A stretch of 64,000 nt of DNA from an uncultured Acidobacteriaceae bacterium (GTDB taxonomy: Bacteria; Acidobacteriota; Terriglobia; Terriglobales; Acidobacteriaceae): positions 1,251 through 65,250 of the forward strand of contig CAVRUM010000001.1 of NCBI GenBank assembly GCA_963724375.1, in the 5' to 3' direction. This document shows positions 26,427-34,691 of the stretch, piece after piece. Numbering within the stretch: the stretch's first letter is position 1; every line of letters starts with the position of its first letter. The position numbers were made by a program, and so were the translations under genes. Below the pieces are notes generated by a model. That model worked only from the letters and a program-made list of their open reading frames with translations, had not been told where the DNA came from and did no database searches.

Positions 26427-29243
26427 TTGCGCCGTCCATTCCGCCGCGCACTCGAGTGTTTCACCTTTTTCTGCTGCCTCTTCACGCTGTCGGCGTGGGC
26501 GCAGCAGCAGATCGTGACGCAGATTCGCGTTATCGGCAACCGGCAGATTCCGAAAGAAACCATCCTGGCGCGCATGTTCAGCCACGTGAACGAGGCGTAC
26601 GATCCTCTCACGGTCGAGCGGGACTTCAACTCACTGTGGAACACCGGCTATTTCGAGAACCTGCGTATTGAGAAGGAAGAAACACCAAAGGGCATCGTCC
26701 TTGACGTGTATGTCACGGAAAAGCCGACCATCCGCGAGATCAACTACAAGGGCCTGAACTCCGTCACCCAGTCGGATGTGCTGGACCGGTTCAAGAAGGA
26801 AAAGGTCGGCATCTCGATTGAAAGCAAGTACGACCCCACGCGTGTGGCACACGCCATCGCGGTTTTAAAAGAGCTGCTCGCCGAACACGGCCACCAGTTC
26901 GCCACCATCAAGGCGGACATCAAGAAGATTCCGCCGGCGTCCGTACAGGTGAACTTCATCATCAAGGAAGGACCCAAGGTGAAGGTGGGCAAGATCACCT
27001 TTACCGGCAATGATCACGTAAGCGCGCGCGTGCTGCGCGAGTCGATGAAGAACCTGCGCCCGATCGGGATTCCCAAGTCGATCTTCCTCGAGAACCTGTT
27101 TGCCCGCACTTACGACGCGAGCAAGCTTGAGGAAGACTCCGAGCGGGTGCGCCAGGCGTATCGCGACCGTGGGTACTTCCGCGCCAGCGTAGCTGATCCG
27201 CAGACCCACCTGCGCAACGAAACCGGCCTCTCGTTCTTTACCTTCCGCCCGAGGAAGGGCAAACGCATCGACATAACAATGCCCATCGACGAGGGTTCCC
27301 GCTACCGCCTTGGGGCTATCACGTTTACGGGCAACAAAGCGGTTACGAACATCAAGGCGCTGCGCGGCCAGTTTACCCAGAAAGACGGCGAATGGTTCAA
27401 CGCCACGCTCTTCGGCAAGGGCTTGGAAAATCTGCGCAAGGCCTACGGAACGCTGGGCTACATCAATTTCTCTGCGGTACCGAATCCATCAATTGACGAC
27501 ACCAAGAAAGTCGTCTCGTGGAACATCGACATCGACGAAGGAAAGCCCTTCTATGTTTCGCGGATCGAGTTCCAGGGCAACACTGTCACCCGCGACTTTG
27601 TCATCCGCCGTGAATTGCTGCTCGAGGAGGGACAGGTCTACAACAGCCACCTGTGGGAGTTGAGCCTTCTGCGTCTGAACCAGCTCGACTACTTCGACCC
27701 GCTCAAGGTCGACCAGGACTCCGAGACGCACCAGAACCAGGAGAACGGCACCGTCGATCTGCTGCTGAAGGTGAAGGAAAAGGGCAAGAACTCGATCGGC
27801 CTGAACGGCGGCGTCAGCGGCCTGGGCGGCTCCTTTATCGGACTCAACTATCAGACCAACAACTTTCTCGGTCTCGGCGAAACGCTGACGGTGCAGGCGA
27901 ATGCCGGCGATATCTCGCGCACGCTGCTATTCGGCTTCAACGAGCCCTACTTCCGGAACCGCCCGCTCAATTTCGGGTTCCAGATCTTCGATAACAAGTA
28001 CGACTACAACGCCACCAAGAATTACAAACTTGCGGGCGGCAATCCCGAGAACCTGTCGAACGCGCAGCAGTCGTTGCTGCAGAAGTACAACCAGTCATCT
28101 ACTGGCTTCAGCGTTTCGGCCAGATATCCCATCCATCGCAGCTTCAAGAGCGTCGGATTTACGTACAGCTTCAACCGGCAGTCGGTCACGACCTACAGCC
28201 AGGCGTCGGCGAACTTCTTCCAGACGCTGGCTTTCCGCGGCGGTATTCAGGGTCAGAATGCCCTTACCGGCATCGTGAACAGCCAGGCGTCGTTCAGCTT
28301 TACGATGAACAAGCTGGACGCGGCATACCAGCCCCATCATGGGTCGGAGTTCTCGGCCATCCTGCAGCTCTCGGGCATCTGGGGCAATGTGCGCTATATC
28401 AGCCCGGTGGTGGAATACCGCAGCTTCCATCCGATCAAGGGCCTCAAGCTGAATCCTGAGGGGCGCAACGTTCTTGGCTACCGTATTCAGGCCGCATTCA
28501 TCAGCGGCATCGCCGGAGACGTGGCTCCGCCATTCAATCGCTTTTACGCCGGCGGTGAGGCCGACCTTCGCGGCTTCGATGTCCGCTCAGTCACTCCCTA
28601 CGGCTTTGTGCCCACGCGCGTGCTGTTCAACCTCACCAATCCGGACGGCAGCACGGTTCCGCGCGATCCCACCAATCCCAGCGACGGCCCGATCCAGATT
28701 CCGATCCCGGTTTACGGCATTGCCTCGATCGGCGGCGACCTCAATTGGACCGCCAACGTCGAATACCGCATCCCGATCTACGCTCGCACGGTCAGCTTCG
28801 CCTTCTTCAACGACCTCGGCATGGATATGGCGAATCTGAGCGGCCAGCTGCGGCAGAGCCCAGAGGGAGCCGCGCTGCTCAACTCGCCCCTCTACGGGTG
28901 CCCGAACTACGTCAACGGGTCCTGCCAGGGCGGGGTCCCGATCGATTTCGGGAACCTGATCCACGTGATCCCCGGGACCAATTACCAGCCTCGCGACTCG
29001 CTCGGCGCGGAGATCGACGTGATGATGCCCATCATCAACGCGCCGTTCCGCCTTTACTACGCTTTCAACCCCCTGCGGCTGGATAAGGACTTCTATACCG
29101 AAAACCTGATCACCCGGTCCATGTTCCCCGCCGGCGGCGCAGGCGACTACACCTACGCGCAGGCCCAGCAAGCATATGGGTCGCAGCTGCAGCTTCGCGA
29201 GCCGGCGAAAACTTTCCGGCTCACGGTCAGCACTACCTTCTGA
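26427..29243 (+). CDS. bamA: Outer membrane protein assembly factor BamA
   Basis: Signal peptide then POTRA repeats (IRVIGNRQIPKETILARM, YVTEKPTIREINYKG, ITFTGN, IEFQGNTVTRDFVIRREL). Omp85 barrel (RFYAGGEADLRGF) with a C-terminal aromatic residue. The start is uncertain between 26274 (ATG) and 26427 (TTG, giving MRRPFRRALECFTFFCCLFTLSAWAQ). Confidence 0.9.
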   Translation: MRRPFRRALECFTFFCCLFTLSAWAQQQIVTQIRVIGNRQIPKETILARMFSHVNEAYDPLTVERDFNSLWNTGYFENLRIEKEETPKGIVLDVYVTEKPTIREINYKGLNSVTQSDVLDRFKKEKVGISIESKYDPTRVAHAIAVLKELLAEHGHQFATIKADIKKIPPASVQVNFIIKEGPKVKVGKITFTGNDHVSARVLRESMKNLRPIGIPKSIFLENLFARTYDASKLEEDSERVRQAYRDRGYFRASVADPQTHLRNETGLSFFTFRPRKGKRIDITMPIDEGSRYRLGAITFTGNKAVTNIKALRGQFTQKDGEWFNATLFGKGLENLRKAYGTLGYINFSAVPNPSIDDTKKVVSWNIDIDEGKPFYVSRIEFQGNTVTRDFVIRRELLLEEGQVYNSHLWELSLLRLNQLDYFDPLKVDQDSETHQNQENGTVDLLLKVKEKGKNSIGLNGGVSGLGGSFIGLNYQTNNFLGLGETLTVQANAGDISRTLLFGFNEPYFRNRPLNFGFQIFDNKYDYNATKNYKLAGGNPENLSNAQQSLLQKYNQSSTGFSVSARYPIHRSFKSVGFTYSFNRQSVTTYSQASANFFQTLAFRGGIQGQNALTGIVNSQASFSFTMNKLDAAYQPHHGSEFSAILQLSGIWGNVRYISPVVEYRSFHPIKGLKLNPEGRNVLGYRIQAAFISGIAGDVAPPFNRFYAGGEADLRGFDVRSVTPYGFVPTRVLFNLTNPDGSTVPRDPTNPSDGPIQIPIPVYGIASIGGDLNWTANVEYRIPIYARTVSFAFFNDLGMDMANLSGQLRQSPEGAALLNSPLYGCPNYVNGSCQGGVPIDFGNLIHVIPGTNYQPRDSLGAEIDVMMPIINAPFRLYYAFNPLRLDKDFYTENLITRSMFPAGGAGDYTYAQAQQAYGSQLQLREPAKTFRLTVSTTF

Positions 29244-29256
29244 CGCTTAACACGTC

Positions 29257-29300
29257 AAATCAGCCAGCGGATTGCCTGCTGGCTGATTTGATGATTTCTT
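29257..29300 (+). terminator. Rho-independent terminator after bamA
   Basis: 12-bp stem AAATCAGCCAGC / GCTGGCTGATTT (29257-29268 and 29278-29289), 9-nt loop, then GATGATTTCTT. Confidence 0.75.
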
Positions 29301-29312
29301 AAAGTTGCTTGT

Positions 29313-29343
29313 TTGACGGTTCAGGGCTTGAAACCTATATAAT
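29313..29343 (+). promoter_or_regulatory. sigma70-like promoter (TTGACG, 17 nt, TATATAAT)
   Basis: TTGACG at 29313-29318, a 17-nt spacer, then TATATA/TATAAT at 29336-29343. It lies about 165 nt upstream of the skp-like ATG. Confidence 0.4.
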
Positions 29344-29511
29344 TTGGCTCAGTTCCTGAATATGTCTTCTGATCGTGTCTCGTATCTGCATTCCGCGCCG
29401 CCCCGGTACGGAATCTGCCTCGATGAACAGCGCAGCAGGTAGATCAGGAAGCGAAGTTCGCTTCTGCATGTGCGGGCGATCTCACTCACACCGGAGGATT
29501 TGTTGATTTCC

Positions 29512-30183
29512 ATGAAGCGTGTCACGTTAAGTTCGTTGTCACTCGTTTGCCTGCTTGCGTCGGGAATGGGCGCGAGCGCTCTTGCCCAGGGTGCCGCCGG
29601 GGCGCCCAGCGCGGCAGCACCGGGTGTCACCAAGATTGCAGTGATCAATTTCCAGGCTGCCGTTGCCCAGACCAATGAGGGGCAGCGCAATTTCGGCGAG
29701 CTGCAGAAGAAGTTCGACCCCAAGCGCACGCAGCTCAAGACCCTGCAGGATGAGATTGACAACCTGAAGAAGCAGCTCCAGACTCAAAGCGCCAGCCTGA
29801 GCGATGCGGAGCGCGCGAACCGCCTGAAGGTCATCGACGACAAGGAAAAGGAATACCAGCGCACCGGCGAGGATGCCTCGAACGACTTCCAGTCGGAGAT
29901 GCAGCAGACCTATCAGCAGCTTGCCGAGAAGGTCTACGGAACCCTGCAGAGCTATGCCGAACAGAATGGCTATTCGGTAGTCCTCGATGCCGCTGCCACC
30001 CAGCAGCAGGCACCGACCGTTCTCTGGGCCAGCAAGACCACGGACATCACGGCGGCTGTTATCCAGGCCTACAACGCGAAGTCCGGTATCCCTGCTCCTC
30101 CCGCTTCGGCGAGCGTGCCCTCGGCTCCGGCTCCCACGCGCACTACGCCGCGTTCGACCGGAACGGCCGCTCCCAAGCAGTAG
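29512..30183 (+). CDS. OmpH/Skp family periplasmic chaperone
   Basis: ATG 29512 preceded by GGAGGA. Signal peptide MKRVTLSSLSLVCLLASGMGASALAQ. Coiled-coil OmpH pattern KIAVINFQAAVAQTNEGQRNFGELQKKFDPKRTQLKTLQDEIDNLKKQL. It sits immediately after bamA. Confidence 0.8.
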   Translation: MKRVTLSSLSLVCLLASGMGASALAQGAAGAPSAAAPGVTKIAVINFQAAVAQTNEGQRNFGELQKKFDPKRTQLKTLQDEIDNLKKQLQTQSASLSDAERANRLKVIDDKEKEYQRTGEDASNDFQSEMQQTYQQLAEKVYGTLQSYAEQNGYSVVLDAAATQQQAPTVLWASKTTDITAAVIQAYNAKSGIPAPPASASVPSAPAPTRTTPRSTGTAAPKQ

Positions 30184-30205
30184 TCTTAGTCTCGCTGATG
30201 AAAGA

Positions 30206-30239
30206 GGCTCCGGCTGCGGCTGGAGCCTTTTGCGTGTTT
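30206..30239 (+). terminator. Rho-independent terminator after the skp-like gene
   Basis: GGCTCCgGC tgcg GCtGGAGCC followed by TTTTGCGTGTTT. Confidence 0.7.
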
Positions 30240-30269
30240 GAGATACGCCGGCGGGGCTGTCTAACCCCC

Positions 30270-30289
30270 AGGGCCTGTTAACAGGCCCT
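30270..30289. other. Perfect 20-bp palindrome AGGGCCTGTTAACAGGCCCT
   Basis: Read directly, in the intergenic region between the skp-like gene and the 580-aa unknown. Confidence 0.7.
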
Positions 30290-30415
30290 AATTGCGGACA
30301 TCGACCCTGCTCGATTACCTCGAACGGTCCAGGATGTTTGACCCTCGACTTTGGCACGCATAGACTCGATTCAGGTGAGTCAGCGTCGCCCGGATGATGG
30401 CTTCCAGCACTATTT

Positions 30416-32158
30416 ATGCTGTTTTCCCAGCGCTCCACCCGTTCTTTCATCCAGCCGGCTATGGCTCTTCTGCTGGTGTCTTGTGGGTTCGCCCAGCAGG
30501 CGCCCAGGACCGCGCCCGGCCAGGCGCCGAAGATGCCGCCTCCGCCCAAGCCACCCGCGCTCGTCCAGCCGGGAGGGCCATCGATCAGTCTCGAGACGAG
30601 CGAAGCGGTGTTTGACATCGCTGTCGGCCTGAACGCCTGCGGATACGACAACGGCCTCGGCGAGTCCGACCCAATCCGCGCCCACGTCCGTGAGCAAGTG
30701 GACCAGGCGAGCCAGCAGTCGGTAGACGCCCGCGACGCCCGCTTTCACCTTTGCGAATTCATCAATGACCACCGCCTGGCGGAGACGGGCCGCGACCTGG
30801 CCCAGTATGTATCGCTGGCACTTTATGTGACTCCGCCCCCGGACCTCGCTCCCAGCGTGGAAATGCAGGATCTGCCGCCGGATTCGACACAGGTGGTCGA
30901 TATCCTGCCGCTGCTGCGCACGTTTTCACAGGCCATCAAGCTGCACACGATCTGGGTGGAAAACCGCGCCGCCTACGATGAGCAGGTGGCGCGTCTGCAC
31001 GATCCGCTGACGAAGATGATCAACGACACGACCATCTACCTGAAGATGCCGATCAGTGCCTACGAAGACCAGCGATTTCTTGTGGTGCTCGAACCCATGC
31101 TGTCGCCGGCAGAGACAAATGCCCGCGTCTATGGCTCCGATTATGTCGTGGTGGCGTCACCAGTCAACGGCAGGATCAATATGAATGAGGTGCGCCACAC
31201 CTATCTCCATTACGAGATTGAACCGCTGCTGTACGCTCGTGCGACAGCCATGGACCGTTTGTTGCCTTTTCTGAAGGTGGTGCGCGACGCTCCTCTGGAT
31301 TTTGTCTACCGCAGCGACATTGTCTCTCTTGTGATTGAGTGCATGATTCGCGCCATCGAGGCGCGCACGATGGAGACAGGTGTCGACATCCCCAGGATCC
31401 CGGAGAACACACCACGCAGTGAGCTCGATCCGGTGTATCACGCCCGGAGCGCGGCTGTGCAGAAGGACAGCGCGATCCGCGAGCAGGCCGTGAACCGCGA
31501 TATGGTGGAGGGCTACGTGCTCACGCAGTACTTCTACAATCAGCTGATCCAGTTCGAGCGGTCTCCTGCCAGCTTTAAGACGAGCATCGGCGAGATGGTA
31601 TACGGCATGGATGTTCCGGAGGAGCTTGGACGCCTCAAGGGGATCCAGTTCGTGGAGCAAGGAACGACCGATATTGTGCGCCGCACGCCTATGAAGCCAC
31701 ACGGGCTCGACCTGGCCGAGCTCGACCTAGAGAAGCGCGACCCAAACGCGGCTGCAACCCTTTCTGAGACCGCATTGAAGGAGCACACGGCAGAAGCCGG
31801 GCGGGCGAACTTCATTCTCGCGCGCGCCGACCTTATGACAGGCAACATCGATGGCGCAGAGGTTGCCTTCCGCGAAACGATTCGCCTGTCCAGCGACCCG
31901 CGAATGCTCGCGTGGTCACATATCTATCTTGGCCGCATTCTCGATGTGCAGGACAAGCGCGACGACGCCCTTACCGAGTACAAGGCTGCGCTCGCCATGC
32001 GGGATACCCAGCCGGACACACGAACCGCGGCGGAGAATGGCGTGAAGCAGCCCTTCGCGCTGCCGCACCATGCCGATGCTGACAGTGATGACGACAGCGG
32101 CGACGGGGCCTCCAAGACCCCGCCCCCGGCAGCACCGCCGGCACAGCGCCCGCAGTAA
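30416..32158 (+). CDS. Hypothetical secreted protein with C-terminal TPR-like region (580 aa)
   Basis: Signal peptide MALLLVSCGFAQQ. Pro-rich segment, then a large domain I cannot assign (VRHTYLHYEIEPLLYARA). C-terminal TPR-like helices (RMLAWSHIYLGRILDVQDKRDDALTEYKAALAM). Acidic/Pro-rich tail. Confidence 0.6.
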   Translation: MLFSQRSTRSFIQPAMALLLVSCGFAQQAPRTAPGQAPKMPPPPKPPALVQPGGPSISLETSEAVFDIAVGLNACGYDNGLGESDPIRAHVREQVDQASQQSVDARDARFHLCEFINDHRLAETGRDLAQYVSLALYVTPPPDLAPSVEMQDLPPDSTQVVDILPLLRTFSQAIKLHTIWVENRAAYDEQVARLHDPLTKMINDTTIYLKMPISAYEDQRFLVVLEPMLSPAETNARVYGSDYVVVASPVNGRINMNEVRHTYLHYEIEPLLYARATAMDRLLPFLKVVRDAPLDFVYRSDIVSLVIECMIRAIEARTMETGVDIPRIPENTPRSELDPVYHARSAAVQKDSAIREQAVNRDMVEGYVLTQYFYNQLIQFERSPASFKTSIGEMVYGMDVPEELGRLKGIQFVEQGTTDIVRRTPMKPHGLDLAELDLEKRDPNAAATLSETALKEHTAEAGRANFILARADLMTGNIDGAEVAFRETIRLSSDPRMLAWSHIYLGRILDVQDKRDDALTEYKAALAMRDTQPDTRTAAENGVKQPFALPHHADADSDDDSGDGASKTPPPAAPPAQRPQ

Positions 32159-32183
32159 CGCCGAGAGAGGAGAATCCCGGGCA

Positions 32184-33005
32184 TTGAAGAACACATCGAG
32201 CGCCTCGGAACTGGAAGCCCTGCTCGGTCATCGCTTTCAAAAGCCCGAGCTGCTGAAGCGCGCCCTGACGCATCGTTCGCTGGCTTACGAGCACCATGCC
32301 GGCGAGCCGGAATCTGCAGATAGCCGGCAGACCGATGACGATCCCAGCGCGGATAATGAGCAGCTGGAGTTTCTGGGAGATGCCGTCATCGGGTTTCTCG
32401 TCGCCGAGGAACTCTGCAGACGGTATCCAGATCTGCGCGAAGGGTCGCTGACCCGGCTGCGTGCCGAGCTGGTCAGCCGACGTCACCTCGGGATGGTGGC
32501 TGGGCGGCTCAACCTCGGGGATTATCTGCTGTTGGGACGGGGTGAAGAGCGCAGCGGAGGCCGCCGCAAGAACGCCCTGATCGCCAATTGCATCGAAGCC
32601 GTCGTTGCCGCACTTTATCTTGACGGCGGTATCGGGGTTGCGCGGGCGTTTGTGTTGCGCGAAGTATTGGAGCCCAATGTCGCAGCGCTACACGGGAGAA
32701 TGCTCGGAGGCGGGAGCATCGGTGATTACAAATCGGCGCTGCAGCAGCGGCTCCAGGCACAAAAGGAGGGTCAACCCGAGTACTCCGTAAGAGCTGAGAG
32801 CGGCCCCGACCACCGCAAGCGTTTTCTGGTGGAGGTGTCGCTGGCGAAAAGCGGCGCGGGAGCTATACCTTTGGCACAAGGCGAGGGCAACACGAAAAAA
32901 GAGGCCGAGCAGGAAGCAGCCCGGCGCGCGATGATCAAGTTAGAATTTGCCCGACCGCTGGGGGAGGCGTCGAGCCCGGGCGTGGAGATCGATTCAGAAA
33001 CATGA
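32184..33005 (+). CDS. rnc: Ribonuclease III
   Basis: FQKPELLKRALTHRS. RNase III signature NEQLEFLGDAV. dsRBD (DYKSALQQRLQ...FLVEV...GEGNTKKEAEQEAARRA). TTG start at 32184 follows GAGAGGAG; the ORF-track ATG at 32070 overlaps the upstream gene. Confidence 0.9.
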   Translation: MKNTSSASELEALLGHRFQKPELLKRALTHRSLAYEHHAGEPESADSRQTDDDPSADNEQLEFLGDAVIGFLVAEELCRRYPDLREGSLTRLRAELVSRRHLGMVAGRLNLGDYLLLGRGEERSGGRRKNALIANCIEAVVAALYLDGGIGVARAFVLREVLEPNVAALHGRMLGGGSIGDYKSALQQRLQAQKEGQPEYSVRAESGPDHRKRFLVEVSLAKSGAGAIPLAQGEGNTKKEAEQEAARRAMIKLEFARPLGEASSPGVEIDSET

Positions 33006-33862
33006 GCGAGAGCGTTCAAAATCCGGCGCCTCCAGTGCGTGAGACTCCCGTAGCGGAGCCCACCACGCACGCCGCGGCGGCGACACAGCCGGCAGCTCAT
33101 CCACGGCACTTCATCTACCCGTCGCCGCTTGAAACGGTACGGTCGCTGCTGACGATCCTCGTTATCGCTCTGTTCGCGCTGACGTTCATCCTGCAACCCT
33201 TTCGCATCCCGTCAGAGTCGATGGAGCGCACCCTGCTGGTCGGCGACTTCCTTCTGGTCAACAAGACTGTCTATGGGCCGCCGGGCATCTGGTCACACCT
33301 GTTGCCGTATCGCCCGGTGCGGCCTGGTGACGTGATCGTCTTCCACTTTCCCCTCGATCCGCCGGAACATATCGTGAAGCGCGTGGTCGGGGTTCCCGGC
33401 GACCGGATTCATCTGAAGGATGGGGTGCTCTACCGCAACGGGGAGGCTGTAACCGAGCCATACGTCGTGTATGAATCGGCGTGGTCGGACAACTTCCGGG
33501 ACCAGTTCCCGACGGCCACGTATACCGATCCCGGCGTCGACACGCACTGGTGGCTGCAGATGCGCGCCAACGTCGTCGATGGGGATGTCATTGTGCCACC
33601 GGGGCAGTATTTCGTCATGGGAGACAATCGCAACCACAGCCGCGACAGCCGGTACTGGGGATTCGTGCCCCACTCGGCAATTGTCGGCAGGCCCTTCATC
33701 ATTTATTTCTCGCTCCGCCGGCCTTCAACGACGGACCTGCCCGAGGTGCCACACGTATCCGCTCTCGACACCTCAGGTGATAAACTCGGACACGATAACG
33801 ATGCGATCGACAAGGTAGTGGACTTTGCGCGATGGGACCGCATCCTCCGCATCGTTCGCTAA
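33002..33862 (+). CDS. lepB: Signal peptidase I (S26), copy 1
   Basis: Catalytic Ser box IPSESMERTLLVGD. Lys box IVKRVVGVPGDRI. GDNRNHSRDSRYWGFV. ATGA overlap with the rnc stop. Confidence 0.9.
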   Translation: MSESVQNPAPPVRETPVAEPTTHAAAATQPAAHPRHFIYPSPLETVRSLLTILVIALFALTFILQPFRIPSESMERTLLVGDFLLVNKTVYGPPGIWSHLLPYRPVRPGDVIVFHFPLDPPEHIVKRVVGVPGDRIHLKDGVLYRNGEAVTEPYVVYESAWSDNFRDQFPTATYTDPGVDTHWWLQMRANVVDGDVIVPPGQYFVMGDNRNHSRDSRYWGFVPHSAIVGRPFIIYFSLRRPSTTDLPEVPHVSALDTSGDKLGHDNDAIDKVVDFARWDRILRIVR

Positions 33863-33884
33863 AGCAGGAGAATCAACAGATCAC

Positions 33885-34691
33885 ATGGAGCAGACGCTCG
33901 ACCAGAAGCAAGGCGCAAAATCCACCGACAAGCCTGAGAAGACCCGGCACAGCAGTGAAGAAACTCCTCTGGAAGCCTTTGCCTCGATTTGCGGCGTGCT
34001 CGTGCTGGGCCTCTTCGCGCTCACGTTCATTTTTCAGAACTTTGCCATTCCGTCATCGTCGATGGAGAAGACGCTGCTGGTCGGCGATCATGTCCTCGTC
34101 GACCGGATCACGCTGGCTCCGCCCAGTCATTGGGCCCCGTTTGTTCACTACCGCAATGTGCGCCGAAGCGACATCATCGTCTTCTTCAAGCCCACGATAG
34201 AGCCAAACGGTGAGCATCTTTATCTGGTCAAGCGCGTTGTCGGGATCCCGGGTGACCGCATTCATCTCGTCAATGGAACCGTCTATCTGAATGGCGTGGC
34301 CCAGAATGAACCGCAGGTACAGGTGGCCACCGAGCCCTACGAATACCGCGACGACTTCCCCGCAGTGCCGCCTCCGCCGCTCAGCGACGTGACGGCCGAG
34401 TGGGCGCTCGACCTGCCCAATCACATCCAGAACGGCGACCTTGTGGTGCCTCCGGGATATTACTTCGTGATGGGTGACAACCGCCCGAACAGCCTCGACA
34501 GCCGGTACTGGGGCTTTGTCCCGCGGCAGAACATCGTCGGACGGCCGCTCTTCGTCTACTGGTCCTTCGTGACTCCCGAGAACCAGTATGAGCGCACCGG
34601 CCTTTCCGACCGAATCTCGTTTATCGGGCACATTATTGTTCACTTCTTCGACGACACGCGCTGGCGTCGCACTTTTCACCTGGTGAAGTGA
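33885..34691 (+). CDS. lepB: Signal peptidase I (S26), copy 2
   Basis: ATG 33885 after AGCAGGAG. IPSSSMEKTLLVGD, YLVKRVVGIPGDRI, GDNRPNSLDSRYWGFV. Confidence 0.9.
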   Translation: MEQTLDQKQGAKSTDKPEKTRHSSEETPLEAFASICGVLVLGLFALTFIFQNFAIPSSSMEKTLLVGDHVLVDRITLAPPSHWAPFVHYRNVRRSDIIVFFKPTIEPNGEHLYLVKRVVGIPGDRIHLVNGTVYLNGVAQNEPQVQVATEPYEYRDDFPAVPPPPLSDVTAEWALDLPNHIQNGDLVVPPGYYFVMGDNRPNSLDSRYWGFVPRQNIVGRPLFVYWSFVTPENQYERTGLSDRISFIGHIIVHFFDDTRWRRTFHLVK

